Shown piece by piece: positions 47,142 to 61,206 of a stretch of 64,000 nt of DNA; position 1 is the stretch's first letter; each line of letters opens with the position of its first letter. A program made the translations under genes and the position numbers. The DNA lies in NCBI RefSeq assembly GCF_964355755.1, contig NC_092676.1, forward strand, positions 1,865,788 through 1,929,787, given 5' to 3'. Source of the stretch: Antedon mediterranea. Taxonomy: Eukaryota; Animalia; Echinodermata. Under the pieces are notes generated by a model. That model was not told the origin of the DNA. It searched no databases and saw nothing but the letters and a program-made list of their open reading frames with translations.

Positions 47142-49220
47142 TTTCATGGCATTGTTCGAACTCGATTATATATATATATATATAAGTAAATGCGTGAGTA
47201 ACTAAACTGAACTGAAATTGAAACATATAACCACTATTAAAATTATGCAAACTGGAAGAGAACTGTAAATATTTTTTGTTTTAATTTATCCAGTTGATTT
47301 TAACACAGAATTATTTTTAAAATAAAATTGAAATTTTAGCAAAATAGTGTTGTATTTTGTATCTTGCATTTTCGTCTCAGATTTCTAAGATGATATCCAA
47401 TTTTGATTCTAGATTCTGATTTTTTATCAAATGATTTGGTCAACGTAACGTATCAGCATATTGCGTTACAGTCACACTTTTCTAGGATAATGTGCATACT
47501 AATTACCCTGTGTGTTCCACTGCTAATTAGTCTTGTAGAAGCGTAATCATAACAGATTATCTTTGTCAGGTCATATTGAATTTTTTTTTACCAAGGAACA
47601 TAGAGCGAAGGTTGAATTGGTGAGGTGAAAATATTGTTTTACTTTGCACCTCTGGAGAAAATTCTACAAAATATGAGTGCCAGGCTTGTGATCTGGAGAT
47701 GAGTCCCATTTGCAAACATCTTGCAGTTTGTTTAGTTTTAAAAACATACTGAGAATTTGATACAATGATGACACAACAAAAAGTTGTTTGATTGTAAACA
47801 ATATATTGAAGTACTGTGCTGTTTTTTTTCTCTCTGAAGGTGATCGCTAAATCTCCTGTAGCCTTGTTTAGATAATGGTCTGCATTCTATATATATAATG
47901 GTGGTACAATCACACAGGGTGCCAGTGTAATGTTATGCTAAATCTGAAAGACAACTGACATAGATAGCCTAAGGCTATTCTAGCCAATATCTTCTCTCTG
48001 TTGGTATCCAATACCAATAGTGTAAACTCTATGTAGTAAGCTAGCCACTAAAGTATATGTACTATTTTTATTAAATTAATTTTTCTTTGGACCGACCACT
48101 TCGTTTTAAATTTGTAGAGGAATATTTGTAACATACAACTGAATATTGATAATATTCTAATCTATTTCGTGCCTAGCTTTCCTGGGTAAACCGACAATAG
48201 CCTTTCTCCTCGTTGAGGTGAGATGTTTGTTTGGGACACCCCGTCACTTTCACTACAATCAAACCCTATTTAGATGACACCCTACTAAGAGACACTTTCC
48301 TGTTAAACGAACGAGGGGGTATCAACCCCTATTTAGAGGACATAAGGGAACACTTTGTTGGGGCCCGAAGGTGTCCCCATAATAGGAGTTATACTGTATA
48401 GATATAATATATGCAAGATTAATGAACTCAATGATCAATCTGGTGGTCAAAGTCACTACCTTGAATCTTAAGTACGTACTAACGTAATTATGATGACATT
48501 TTCATTGGATTAAAAATCCTACAAAATAATTGTACCCGATGGAACTCTTCAGCTGAAAGTTTCACATAATTCATCGTCAGTGACTTTATCAGTTTTTTTT
48601 TTATTAAACTCTTGTTAATTACAATTACAAATAAAAACTTTATCCATTTTGTGCCTAGCTTACCTGGATAAACCGACAATATTCCTTTCTCCTCAAAGAG
48701 CGAGATTTAACTCGAAAAGTAAACATTTTCATTGAACACCCCTCTTCATAAATGGTATAGTCCATGAACTATGCCCAAAAATGGCATTAAACCATAATTG
48801 CTACTATATGAAGGTTATATTGTTTAAAGGTTTGCATGGTGAAATTAAATGTTGATATGAATTTTGCAGTATACCAGGTCTATTAGTTCTGAAAAGAATT
48901 GTTTAGTTATATGAAGCTTTTACATAACAGGTTAAAATATGTTGTCACTGTTTTATTTGTGTGATATAAATATTTACAGTACATTTACTTATAAGAATAT
49001 GTAGGTGTGTGTACAGGCCTCCACGGAGCGTACAATTACAGATCTTCAACATCTTTCAATTTTCTGCTTTTTTTGTGTCAGCATGTGTTTATTACAAAGA
49101 TAAAATTGACCACAGGAGGTAGATGTAATTTGACACATCATATTCTGATAATTATATTTGTTTTATTTGTAGTTACTATTTTAGGGTGACCAAACCTGGG
49201 TTTCAAATGTACTGAATTCT

Positions 49221-49550
49221 GTTTACTTACTTGTTTACTTGTTTCCGGAGCTCAGCAATGCTGGGTCCGGAGTCGAGGCTAGGCTATGCCTATAAGCCCC
49301 TCTTGATAATTACATCAACTCTTGAATATGGCGCAAATTTAAGAGGGTGGTTGGACCATGCCCGTTCAAGACCGGACTTAAATTGATTGGTTGATCTTGA
49401 AGCTACTACATCCTCCGATAACGAATTCCATAATATAATAGCTTTTCGACCAAATGAGTCCCTCATCCAATTTGTGCGTGAGAACTTAAATTTCAATTTA
49501 AAAGAATGACCACGTGTTCTAACATCTTCATCACGCTCAAAAAAAGAATC
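49221..49550 (-). mobile_element. CR1-group LINE 3' fragment
   Basis: RTRGHSFKL...WNSLSEDVVASRSTNQFKSGLE is the typical CR1 ORF2 C-terminus; simple-repeat tail. Confidence 0.8.
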
Positions 49551-49574
49551 AGTATTCAGTACAGAGATACTGTA

Positions 49575-49955
49575 GGGATGTTACTTGAATAGAGGTGTCC
49601 TATGATATGGGTGTCACATGATAGGGGTGTCGCATGATAGGTGTGTCCCATCATAGGGATGTCACATGATAGGGGTGTCACAGATGAATAGGGGTATCCC
49701 ACGATGAGATGTCACATAAATAGAGGTATCACATACTTGCTTGATACTTGCTTGATGTTATGGGTCGGTTAGAAAGCTAAGTATCCCATGATAGGGATGA
49801 ATAGAGGTGTCACATTATAGTATCCCATGATAGGGTGTCGCATATGAATAATAGAGGTGTCCCATGAATAGAGGTGTCACATGAATAGCAGTATCCCATT
49901 ATAAGTGTGTTACATATGAATAGAGGTATCCCATCATAGGGGTGTCCCATATAGC
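49575..49955 (+). repeat. Degenerate tandem repeat (atagRggtRtcMcat)
   Basis: Seen directly. Confidence 0.7.
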
Positions 49956-50029
49956 AGTGTTCTATTGTTTGTCTTAAAAGAGGGATTCTACTGTTTAGTA
50001 TAGAGTATAATTATTATTAAACCTACTTC

Positions 50030-50221
50030 AGCACCACTAGGCCTACCAGTAGCACCACTAGGCCTACCAGTAGCACCACTAGGCCTACCAGTAGCACCAC
50101 TAGGCCTACCAGTAGCACCACTAGGCCTACCAGTAGCACCACTAGGCCTACCAGTAGCACCACTAGGCCTACCAGTAGCACCACTAGGCCTACCAGTAGC
50201 ACCACTAGGCCTACCAGTAGC
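50030..50221 (+). repeat. 21-bp minisatellite (agcaccactaggcctaccagt, 9 copies)
   Basis: Perfect copies. Confidence 0.95.
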
Positions 50222-51566
50222 TCCAAGAACAAGTCTTTCTAATATCATTCATAGCGTAGTAGAACATGTTTACCTGGTGTATTTGATCTTCTAGGTCATT
50301 TAATATGAATATGAATAATTTGATTGGATTGCAGTAATACTAATAATGGTATTAGTAATTCAAGTATAAAATGTAATATGATTATATTGTGATATCGATT
50401 CATACATTTTGATTTTAAACCTGCATGCTTTTGTTGACAAATACAACATCAAAATGGAAAAAAAATGATTTGATATAAAAATGAATACCAAAATATAAAT
50501 CATGCTAAAATTTTATAGGTTTTAATCTTCATCAAAATGACATTTATACAGAATTTTTCACTGTTTTTACTGATTGACGTAACTTAATTTATTTTTGTAT
50601 ACAGAAGGTAGTACTGTACTGCAAATACTGTTAATATTCATAGCATGAATCGTCCAATGGGATTACACAACAGATGTAACATAGATTAAACAAGCCAGCA
50701 ATATCAAACCACATAAAACTCCCCAATGAAAAATAAAATTTGCGTTTCTGTATAGTGATATTAAGTGGCATGGTGATTGCAAATATGAATAGCCTGACAA
50801 AACATTTTGTACAATATTACCATAATGGGAGAAACTTGAAATGCTGTAAACTGTGAAGTCGAGCCATTGTTTATTGTGAGAGGAGGGGTGTTGTAGAAAA
50901 ATGAATTTAAAAAAAATTGAAACGGTGTTAATACGACTACCTGATTCTCTGTCCAGAATCATAGCAAATCTGTGATACAGGATCTCATGTGTTTCACATG
51001 TGATACTGTATCATAGACCCTAACTAATAACCTAACCTTCCATGATATAGGCATCACATGTGATGCACATGAGATGCTGTATTCTGGAATGTCCCTATGG
51101 TACTGGATAATATAGCACTGACAATTGTGTGCACAGCGCATATGCAGTGGTTTTATGTAAAATACGACTTCTGTTTTGATTTTTTTTCTTTTCATATGTT
51201 TTTAATTTTATAGAATAATATAATTCTCTGAGAACATCTGATATATAATAATTCCACAATAGTAGATTACCTTATGGTGTAAATAAAGCATTACAGGATT
51301 ACACATGTTATAGAGTACTCCGCCCCTCTCGTCTGGAATGAATATATAATTAATGGTTGAAAAGACAACAATGAATCACTGCAAATGGTTTTTAATTGTT
51401 GGATAGATTGGCAGAGTCCTAGTTTTATTTATATTATATAGTTTAGGGAATACTACAGTATTTAATTTTACTCAATGAAAGCATTTAAATTATGTCATAA
51501 CCAATATATTTATTCATAGTTTACAATGGAACATTGATCAAAATGACTATCAATATCATGCTTAAA

Positions 51567-51747
51567 TAATTGGTCAGATGTTTTGCCCTACTCCGACGTA
51601 ATTTGTACTTCATACTAAGTACATTTGAGAATACTTTCGAAAAAATTCGCAAGTAATTCTTGGTTGGGACTCAACCCACAACCTCCAGATCACTAACCTG
51701 GCGTTCATACCTACTTCATAGAGTAGGGCAAAAACATCTGACCAATT
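51567..51747. mobile_element. Small inverted-repeat element enclosing a tRNA/SINE-like fragment
   Basis: aattggtcagatgttttgccctactc...gagtagggcaaaaacatctgaccaatt, about 26-bp IR. Confidence 0.55.
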
Positions 51748-52294
51748 ACTCAACTCCCTGACGCAAAGCTACTACACAGTAGTTTATATACAATTACAAC
51801 CATACTTAAATAAGTTTTAAAATCCTACCACAAGTCTCATCAAACTTTAGGTAAAAAGAAATTCTGAAATAGGAACATTATACCTTTATTACTGGTATAC
51901 AATAGCAGAGTAAATCAAAAGGTGAAAGGTATCATAGGTATGCCTATGTAATGTTAAGTACAAGCAATTAAAGTCAAAAGGCTTAATTAAAATACCAATT
52001 ACCTTAAAGTATTAAGAGCAAGAAATGGTTATTTTTAAATTGTTATGCCAAAAAATATATTATATTTTATGGAATCCATGAAAACAATGTTATTATATAA
52101 TATGAATTTACAGGCGCAGAACAAATTCTAAATTGCCCAGTTTCTGATATACTGAAAATTAATTAATTTATTCAAAGTAAAGATATAGAAATAAAAGCAA
52201 TAGCCTCTGTAAAGCCACATCACTAAAGGCAGAAAAATGACCAAAAACATAACACATTTATTTTTACCTTTTCTGAAAAAAAAATATGCATATT

Positions 52295-53165
52295 TTTACT
52301 CTTTCCCATTATATCTTCACTCCCTCCTTTTATATCTTCACTCCTTCCCATTATATCTTCACTCCATCCCATTATATCTTCACTCCTTCCCATAATATCT
52401 TCACTCCCTCCTTTTATATTTTCACTCCTTCCCATTATATCTTCACTCCTTCCCATTATATCTTCACTCCATCCCATTATATCTTCACTCCATCCCATTA
52501 TATCTTCACTCCTTCCCATAATATCTTCACTCCTTCCCATAATATCTTCACTCCTTCCCATAATATCTTCACTCCCTCCCATTATATTTTCACTCCCTTC
52601 CCATTATATCTTAACACCCTTTCCATTATATCTTCACTCCCTCCCATTATATCTTCACTCTCTCCCATTATATCTTCACTCCCTCCCATTATATTTTCAC
52701 TCCCTTCCCATTATATCTTCACACTTTTTCCATTATATTTTCACTCCCTTCCCATTACATCTTCACACCCTTTCCATTATATCTTCACTCCCTCCCATTA
52801 TATCTTCACACCCTTTCCATTATATCTTCACTCCTTCCCATAATATCTTCACTCCTTCCCATAATATCTTCACTCCTTCCCATAATATCTTCACTCCCTC
52901 CCATTATATTTTCACTCCCTTCCCATTATATCTTAACACCCTTTCCATTATATCTTCACTCCCTCCCATTATATCTTCACTCTCTCCCATTATATCTTCA
53001 CTCCCTCCCATTATATTTTCACTCCCTTCCCATTATATCTTCACACTTTTTCCATTATATTTTCACTCCCTTCCCATTACATCTTCACACCCTTTCCATT
53101 ATATCTTCACTCCCTCCCATTATATCTTCACACCCTTTCCATTATATCTTCACTCCCTCCCATAT
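52295..53165 (+). repeat. 21/22-bp pyrimidine-rich minisatellite (cccattatatcttcactccYt), about 40 copies
   Basis: Seen directly; the variant pattern repeats as a block of about 320 bp. Confidence 0.95.
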
Positions 53166-53239
53166 AACCATTATATACAAACTTTTCGAGTGTAAGTTAT
53201 TACAACATTGTAATAAACTGTTGTTTGTTTTTCCTTTAG

Positions 53240-53325
53240 CGTTTCAGCTATGAAGAAATCGATAAAGGCCAATCATGTTTAAGGTGTGGCGATCGTTGTC
53301 AAGGATTTAGTTTACACAAGTGGAG
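53240..53325 (+). CDS. PET-LIM protein exon 2 (Cys-rich N-terminal region)
   Basis: RFSYEEIDKGQSCLRCGDRCQGFSLHKWR resembles the testin/prickle/LIMPETin C..C...C.GF..H.WR motif; ag and gtaag boundaries. Confidence 0.9.
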
Positions 53326-55056
53326 GTAAGAAAAATGTTTATTTTATGAATTTATTTACAGAGAAATAAGTTGATTAAAAGACGCAGAGATTGTTGTATT
53401 GATTAGTGTGACAATGATGAAGTTGTTGAACACGTGAAGTAGATGATAATGGTAACATTGGCAAGAGTTTTCAATTAGATGCAAGCCACTTAATTCTTTA
53501 TTACAAGCTGATCAATCACAAACAAACGAAGATGAGTTAAGCTCTGTCTACACTACCAAACTTTATGTGACAACAAAATGTGATGTACCCATATAAGGAC
53601 ATGATGATGTCATATCACTACCAACTTTTGGCATATTACTACTATATTTTGCCACATCACACTTTTTTTTGTCAAACTAGATAGTGTAGACAGAGCTTTA
53701 CATATTCTTGGCTGTACCATCATGTTGTGGTATGTTACTGCAGTAAGTCAGCCACTATCAATGTCAAAATGTGAAGTGGATGATAATGGTAACATTGGCA
53801 AGGTTTCAATTAGCTGCAAGCCCGTTAATTTTTTATTGTCAACTGATCAATCATGAATGGATACAGATGATTTACCTTTAAACACAACCAGTTCTGTAGT
53901 TGTAATGAGCAAAAGGTGCCATAGCCACAATATGAACCCTGATGCAGCTCTTAAGCTCTGTCTACACTATCAAACTAGTTTGTGATGTGCCCAAATATGA
54001 TAGTAATATGCTTAACATGATAGTGATATGACATTTTCATGTCCATATATGGGCACATTACATTTTGTTTTCACATAAAGTTTGATAGTGTAGACAGAGC
54101 TTTCAACAGTTCTTTCTTCTATCTACTATTTTTAACCATTCCATTCTACTTCAACACTTCCTTCAACAACACCTCTCTTGATACATCATAAACATCTCTT
54201 CATTTTGCAAGTTAATTTTCACTAATTTTCATCTCACTGAACCGGTGTATTGCTTTGTGAAAGGATTATATGAGAAAGTTAATGTTCAGTGCAAATGGTA
54301 AATCATAGAGGTAACAGCGTTTGGCAGGTACTCAAGTTTATCTCTTGCCAACACCTGTTAGCTGATGATGGAACAACTGTTGATAATGCAGAAAGGACCA
54401 ATATCATTAGTTTTGTTTTCCTCTATTGCAACTGTAGGTTTATCCCTCATTGTCTTGTTTGTAGGCCTACATTCATTTCAACACCTTTTTAGACAAATTG
54501 GTGTATATTTATGTGACAACAAAATTTGTATTGGTATTGGTAATTGGTATTATTGAAAAGTTTATCTGGGGTGGTTTTTATGCTTCTTTCACAAGATGAT
54601 ATGTAAATGCTCATTTATTTGATAAATATTCCTTGAAACTCTAATAGCAACACATCTTTACATGACTAAAGTCTGGAGTCTCAGAATAAAACATGTTAAA
54701 GTCTTTCAAAAAAAGTTTTGATTTTTGGAATAAAATTTGGCAATCTCTGAATAAATGTTTATAAGACTCTTGGAATAAAAGTATAAAATAAATAAAAGCA
54801 GCAATTTCCAAAGTAAAAGTTTGGCGAGAGTAAAAGTTTGTAGTAATTTTCAAGAAAAAACAACAAAACTAAATTCACCGTTAACATACTAACAATAGCC
54901 TAAAATATTTGTATTGAAACAAGATTCTATGTATCTGTGCAAATTCTATAATACAATTTCACGTATGTATCACATGTGATGCCTATATTATGTTAAAATT
55001 AGGCTTACATGTCACATGTGATGCCTATATTATGTTAAAATTAGGCTTACGTGTCA

Positions 55057-56376
55057 CAGGGCATCACGTATGCAAAACCCAGGAGAGCAACAAATCGCTC
55101 TCCTCAAATCACCGAGGAGAGCAATTCGCTCTCCTTGCAAAAATTTTAAATCGCTCTCCTCAAATATTTATGTTGAAGTTGAAGGATGGTCGCCCATATT
55201 AAAAATGGCTGGCCCTTATTAATTTTTTGTACACATTTTTTTGCCCGACAGGGGATAAACCCCCCCCCCCCCAGGCACAACAAATGTATACTGTACCTCT
55301 CCCCTAAAATCCCCCACACCCACCTTTACACACAATATTTTCCGTGGGGATCGTATTATTCTACAGTACAAAAAACTCAAGCTTTATGGCCTGCCTGGGT
55401 AGATTGGGTTTCAGGAGCCCTGGAGAATCCTGTCCTGGCCAACTATATATAGGGCCTACTATGCCTTTAGCCTAGCTTTTCTAGCCTAGCTTGTTGGCCT
55501 AGAAATCAGACAGAAAACCTGAAAAGTATTTACCTGCAATTCATAAATTATACAATTCTAACATGCAACAGCCATTAAAATATTGATAATAAGTTACAAA
55601 GTGTCATTTTAAAATAATTAAGAAAGATATTTGATCGTGTTTACATGTGTCACACATGGGCGCACGCACAATAGGGGGCTGAGAGAGCTTCTAGAAGATG
55701 CTGACTCACACATCAGCACGTGTTTTGAGGAGGATTTGAGTGACCAAAATTGGTTAGAACTTTCGAAGAAATAATCCATCTTCAAAATGACATAATTAAA
55801 GCAACCAGCAGCTAAGCTTTTTTAAATAATAAACATTATATTTAGGCCTCCTATATTAATGTTTCCTTTTAAAATTAAATATATTTTATTAACTCGTTCC
55901 ATAAAAACATAAAGGGAAAAATTATTGGTTGGGACATGATCTTCCTGTAAAGGAGGTGTTTCTATGACACCGTACTGGTTGCACTATGAGGCGATGAAGT
56001 AAACTCGCCCTTGAATGCGCGCAGGCAGGGGAATCCCCTTTGTTGGTACCTCGCACTGTGAGAGATGGAGCGCGATGAATTGCTCTCCTTTTCGAAGGTT
56101 GTTGATTGCGATCGCGCTCGCGATCCTTAAAAACGAGGGACTGCCATTAGGCTTGTAGCTTTATAACTTAGCTTATATATTATTAGCCTAGGCCTAGATT
56201 GGTTTTAACTTTTAAAAATCCACGTGTTTTTAGGCCTCTTGACAGAAAAATCAACACTGTCAAAAGCTAGGCTCTATTTTGAAAATTAAGGAGCGCGATA
56301 AATTGCTCTCCTCGAAGCCTGTTGAGGAGCGCGGAGGAGCGCGGTCGCGCAGGCGCTCCTTATAAATGATGCCCTG
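55057..56376. mobile_element. Non-autonomous hAT-like DNA transposon with a 6-bp TSD
   Basis: TIR cagggcatc...gatgccctg; gtgtca duplicated on both sides; subterminal cgctctcct/aggagcgcg repeats. Confidence 0.75.
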
Positions 56377-59300
56377 GTGTCACATGTGAAAGAACAATTT
56401 TGTTTTGTATCACATCATTTTCCTGTACAAATATACAAAGAATTGACTGGTATTACTTGATACTGTATTCAACTTTATATATTGCCAACTTGATATGGTA
56501 GCCATATGGTTTGATTACCTCTTTATGATAATATCTTGGTAATGAGGTGTTTGAAATGTACTATAAACATCTTTTTATCATTCTAATTCAAAATTATAAT
56601 TTAAATAATATTATCATTAACACGTTACATAATTATACGTTATACTTTTTTTTGGTATTAAGCCATATATAGTGAAAAAATTAAAAATAATTTTTTTTTC
56701 TTTAAAAATATTTGATTTATAATAGAATAGAATTAAATGACGTATATACTTCAGTTATTTGTTTTATATTTATTATTTTTGTCTGCTGAATTCCCATTGA
56801 AACTACAGATAATACTTAGATGTTGAAAGCCCATTGAACCATGGTACATAAAATAAAAAAATGAGATTTATGAGTCTTAGCTTCAGATTTGTGGTTGAAC
56901 CATCACAGTTATATTTGGTAAATATTCATTTTAAATATATGTTCTTGGTAAATTCAACCAAAATTATTTTCTCTGAGGTAATGATTTGACTTTGATTCAA
57001 CTATTAACATTTGCCATAAAGAAAGATGATTTTTTTATGCTTTCACACAACTTTTGTATGGATAAACATTAATATTAAGAAAAAATCTACTCTCTGCAGT
57101 AATTGCAGTAGGATAATTTTCCCATGATTCCTTGGTGGTTTGATATGAGGAAACTCATGAAGAATGTTTAGAAATTTTTCGTCTAATATTTGCTTTTATT
57201 CATGAAAATGAATTGTGAAATTTTAAAAGCATAATATGTATATTGTTAGTTTAAACTAATGTATGGCTTTCGTCAGTTGGTTGAGAATTGAAATTGATGA
57301 ATACAAATTTGTTTAAATTAAAAACAAGCCAGAAAAATTTATTAAATACTAATAATTATCATATTTTATTACACCTTCAACATTTTTTATGATTAATCCA
57401 AATTTTTTAATGCCTGTTTCAGAAATTACAATTTGATACTTTTAATCTAGATAAGTACCATAGTACGTCTAAAAATATAGCTTATTAACATTTAACAGAG
57501 ACCGCATACGGCAATGGACTGTCCCCACCGTTGCTTGTTGTTACGTTAAACATAGCGCCAGGTACATAGCAAGGTCACGCTAAGTATGATTCATACCGTA
57601 CGTATACTGTGAATGCGGCCTACTTTTATCCTCTGAGTGCGAATATAATTTATCTCGTGCTTTGTCTATCACACTTCATTATAATAAGTGGGTGGTTGTA
57701 ATGGTTGCGGTATCATTTTTTAAACTGATTTTCGCATAATATATATTAAAAAAATATTATAATCAGATGTGATATTAATGTATAGTCCCATTCATATGTT
57801 ATGGATATAACATATTTTGTCGATCATTTTCACCATCTATTATTAGCGATTTTGTAATATTCTAAATTAAAATTTGCATGTGATAATATAACATTAATGA
57901 AAGAACATAATACTGTAATGTAATATTAATGCATAATAACATTTTCAAATGTTGCGTTACATGCTATACATAATTTAATGTTTTCTTTGTTTTTATGTGG
58001 GTGTTAATAATGTTAAATTGAACATTTTTTTAATACAATTTCACACAGAATGGCAAACAACAATAGATTATGTAATTATACATGAATTTAATGCATAATT
58101 TTAATAACATTATTAATGTTACTTTGATATCATGTTACAGACATTAATGAAACAACACGTATCTAGTATCGATCATATGTCCATCATTAATGTAGGTAAT
58201 ACTCAGACAGGCAGGCCATCTCATAGGAGAATATTCCTCTTGTTAAAAGAATGACTGTATTGTTATAAAAAATTATTATTTCATCATTAAAAGGGATAAA
58301 TGTCAACAAAAAACCCCAAATTTAATTGTACTTTTTATGTTCACCTTGGTTTTAATAATTGCTTTTTGTGAATAGGGTGGTTGTTCTGTGTAATAATGTA
58401 AAATTGTTGAGCTAGCCTATGATCTAATGCTGCTAACATTTCAATGGCTTTGGTCTGCCATCCGTTGATTTATTTCTCCTATGGGGATCTAAGTTAGCAG
58501 GTAATAGCAGCTTAGCAGTGTAAAACATAGTTTTTATTATTAACATAAAATTTGAATAGTTGTAGGGTTTTCGATGATTGATGGCCGCCGTTGATGCGGA
58601 ATTTTGTTATTTTCGTCTAAAAATAGTATTTGAGATTGTCAACGTCTTTTGAGGCTTGTATTGTGAATACTGTATGTAACATTAAATGCATTGTATTCTA
58701 GTCGTTCCGGTTTCCGCATAAATTGCTCTTTCTCGTTTCCTTCACTTTCATTTTAATAATCATCAACAAAAAAAAAAAACCTTACCAGTTTTTCTGCCGT
58801 GATATCAGCACAGGTTTGTCAATAATTTGATCACTTTATAAAAAATATGTTCCTAAAAATAGATTAAATTATTATTATTAATTCCATTTTAATTATGAAA
58901 AGATTGCAGCTTATGTAATCACGTCCTTTAATTCAATTTTTCAGTCTTAACCCTCCCCATCTTTCCTCTCTCCAACTCTCCTCTCCCCCACCCCTTCTCT
59001 CCTTCACCTTTCCTCTCCCCTACCCATCCTTTCTCCCACCCCTCTCAAATCTATTGTTCTATTACTAATGTTCCGATTTCAGAATCTGAAAATGGAATGT
59101 TGTTGAGAAATAGACATGACATAATTTCTGTCCAATTTAATCTTAAATGTCGGACATTGCACCTAGTTTTGCATGCAGAAGGAAGTGCATATAGGTTTTA
59201 TGTTTACTAATCCTAATAAATAAATAATTATAAAAATAATTGAAAACAAAACTGTAAGGAAATGTGATGTGTTTACTTATCATCAAATTGTTAAAGAAAA

Positions 59301-60469
59301 CAAAAGATTTCATTCCAATTGAAGAAACAAAATCATGCTACTTAAGAAATAAAATGTTTACCAACTTTAAAGAAAAGATAACATTGATAAAATTAACAAT
59401 CGGGATTGACTGTTCCGGGATAGATTCATCCGTTCCCCATAATTTCAACTTGATATTATTTATTAATTTAGCCTTAACAAATAATTGAATATTAATGAAA
59501 TTTTCACTGAATTTTAATAACAGTTTTTTCTTAAGAGTAATTATTTCCTGTATAAACTAATCATGAATTTTATTATCACCTTATTTAAGTAACAGTTTTG
59601 TTAATAAGACATTGACATTTAAATTTCTTGAAAATAAAAAATAAATAAAGTACCAATATTTCATTTAATTTATGTGGGAGGTATGTTTAAAAATTTAAAG
59701 AATAAAGCAGTTTTATTGAATGTAAAATTCGTTGTCTGAGCATTTTCCTGGAAGTGGTTGTAAGAGTTATTTGTGGTATTGGTATAGTTTAGAGGAGTCA
59801 GGTTGTATATGTGATTCAGTTACCACATTGTGTATTGTTTTTCGAAAGGTTAACGGTGTATTATACTTCAGCATGTATGTTTCTTTTGTGGATGTAGCAT
59901 ACATCCGTTGAACTCTCTTTAATTTTCTTTAATGTTCATAATGTCAAAGTTGGAACATTTGGGGGAAAAGAATACTTTCACCTGTTCTTGTGAATCACTG
60001 GTGTTTTGTTTCTTATGACTGTTTAATCTTTTTATGATTTATTATATTAGTATAACATAATGCTACTTATCCTAACATTATGTTTTGTCAAATTCTCTAA
60101 AGCTCTGTCCACACTATCAAACTAGTTTGACAAAAAAAAGTGTGATGTGCCCAAATATGGTAGTGATATGCCCAAATAAGGTAGCGCTATGACATCATCA
60201 TGTCCATATATGGGCACATCACATTTTTTTGTCAGACAGAGCTTAACATTATATTAGTTTCTTTTTTTTTGTATATTTAACCAAGATTGTTGTTGCCTGG
60301 TACAATTGAAAATGAGCTTCTTTTTAAAACTTGTTTTAAATTTTTTCTTGATGTACTGTATATGATATTGAGAAGGATTTTCCAGTCAACTAAGTGAATA
60401 GATATGATAACTTATTGTTAAATTTATATTAACGCAAAGTAAAAATTTAAATTTAGTATTTTGATCATA

Positions 60470-60840
60470 AAGCCCACCTTGGTGATAAGCTCACCTTGGT
60501 GATAAGCCCATCTTGGTGATATGCCCACCTTGGTGATATGCCCACCTTGGTGATAAGCCCACCTTGGTGATAAGCCCACCTTGGTGATATGCCCACCTTG
60601 GTGATATGCCCACCTTGGTGATATGCCCACCTTGGTGATATGCCCACCTTGGTGATATGCCCACCTTGGTGATATGCCCACCTTGGTGATATGCCCACCT
60701 TGGTGATATGCCCACCTTGGTGATATGCCCACCTTGGTGATATGCCCATCTTTTTAGTGATAAGCCCATCTTTTTAGTGATAAGCCCATCTTTTTAGTGA
60801 TAAGCCCATCTTTTTAGTGATAAGCCCATCTTTTTAGCCC
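60470..60840 (+). repeat. 17-bp minisatellite (gcccaccttggtgatat) changing to a 20-bp variant (gcccatctttttagtgataa)
   Basis: Seen directly. Confidence 0.95.
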
Positions 60841-61206
60841 ACTGATAAATTAAGTAATATAATATGTAATATTAAATTATGATAATTCATCATATTTTTA
60901 GTATTCTGTAAACTCACTCCCACATTTATCCCATTTTTTTGTTAGCACTTTGTTTCAAACTTATTTATGACAATTAACAAAACCTGTATGCTGCCCTCTA
61001 TAGATCTATTGTCTCGTATAGTTGTGTGGGTGCTGTACAGTAATTATTAGCATTTGTCTGTGCTTTCATCATCCATAAAGCTCTGTCTACACTCAAACTA
61101 GTTTGTGCCCAAATACGGTAGTGATATGCCTAAATATGGTAGTGCTATGATATTATCATGTCCATATATGGGCACATCACATATTTTTGTCACAAAAAGT
61201 TTGATA

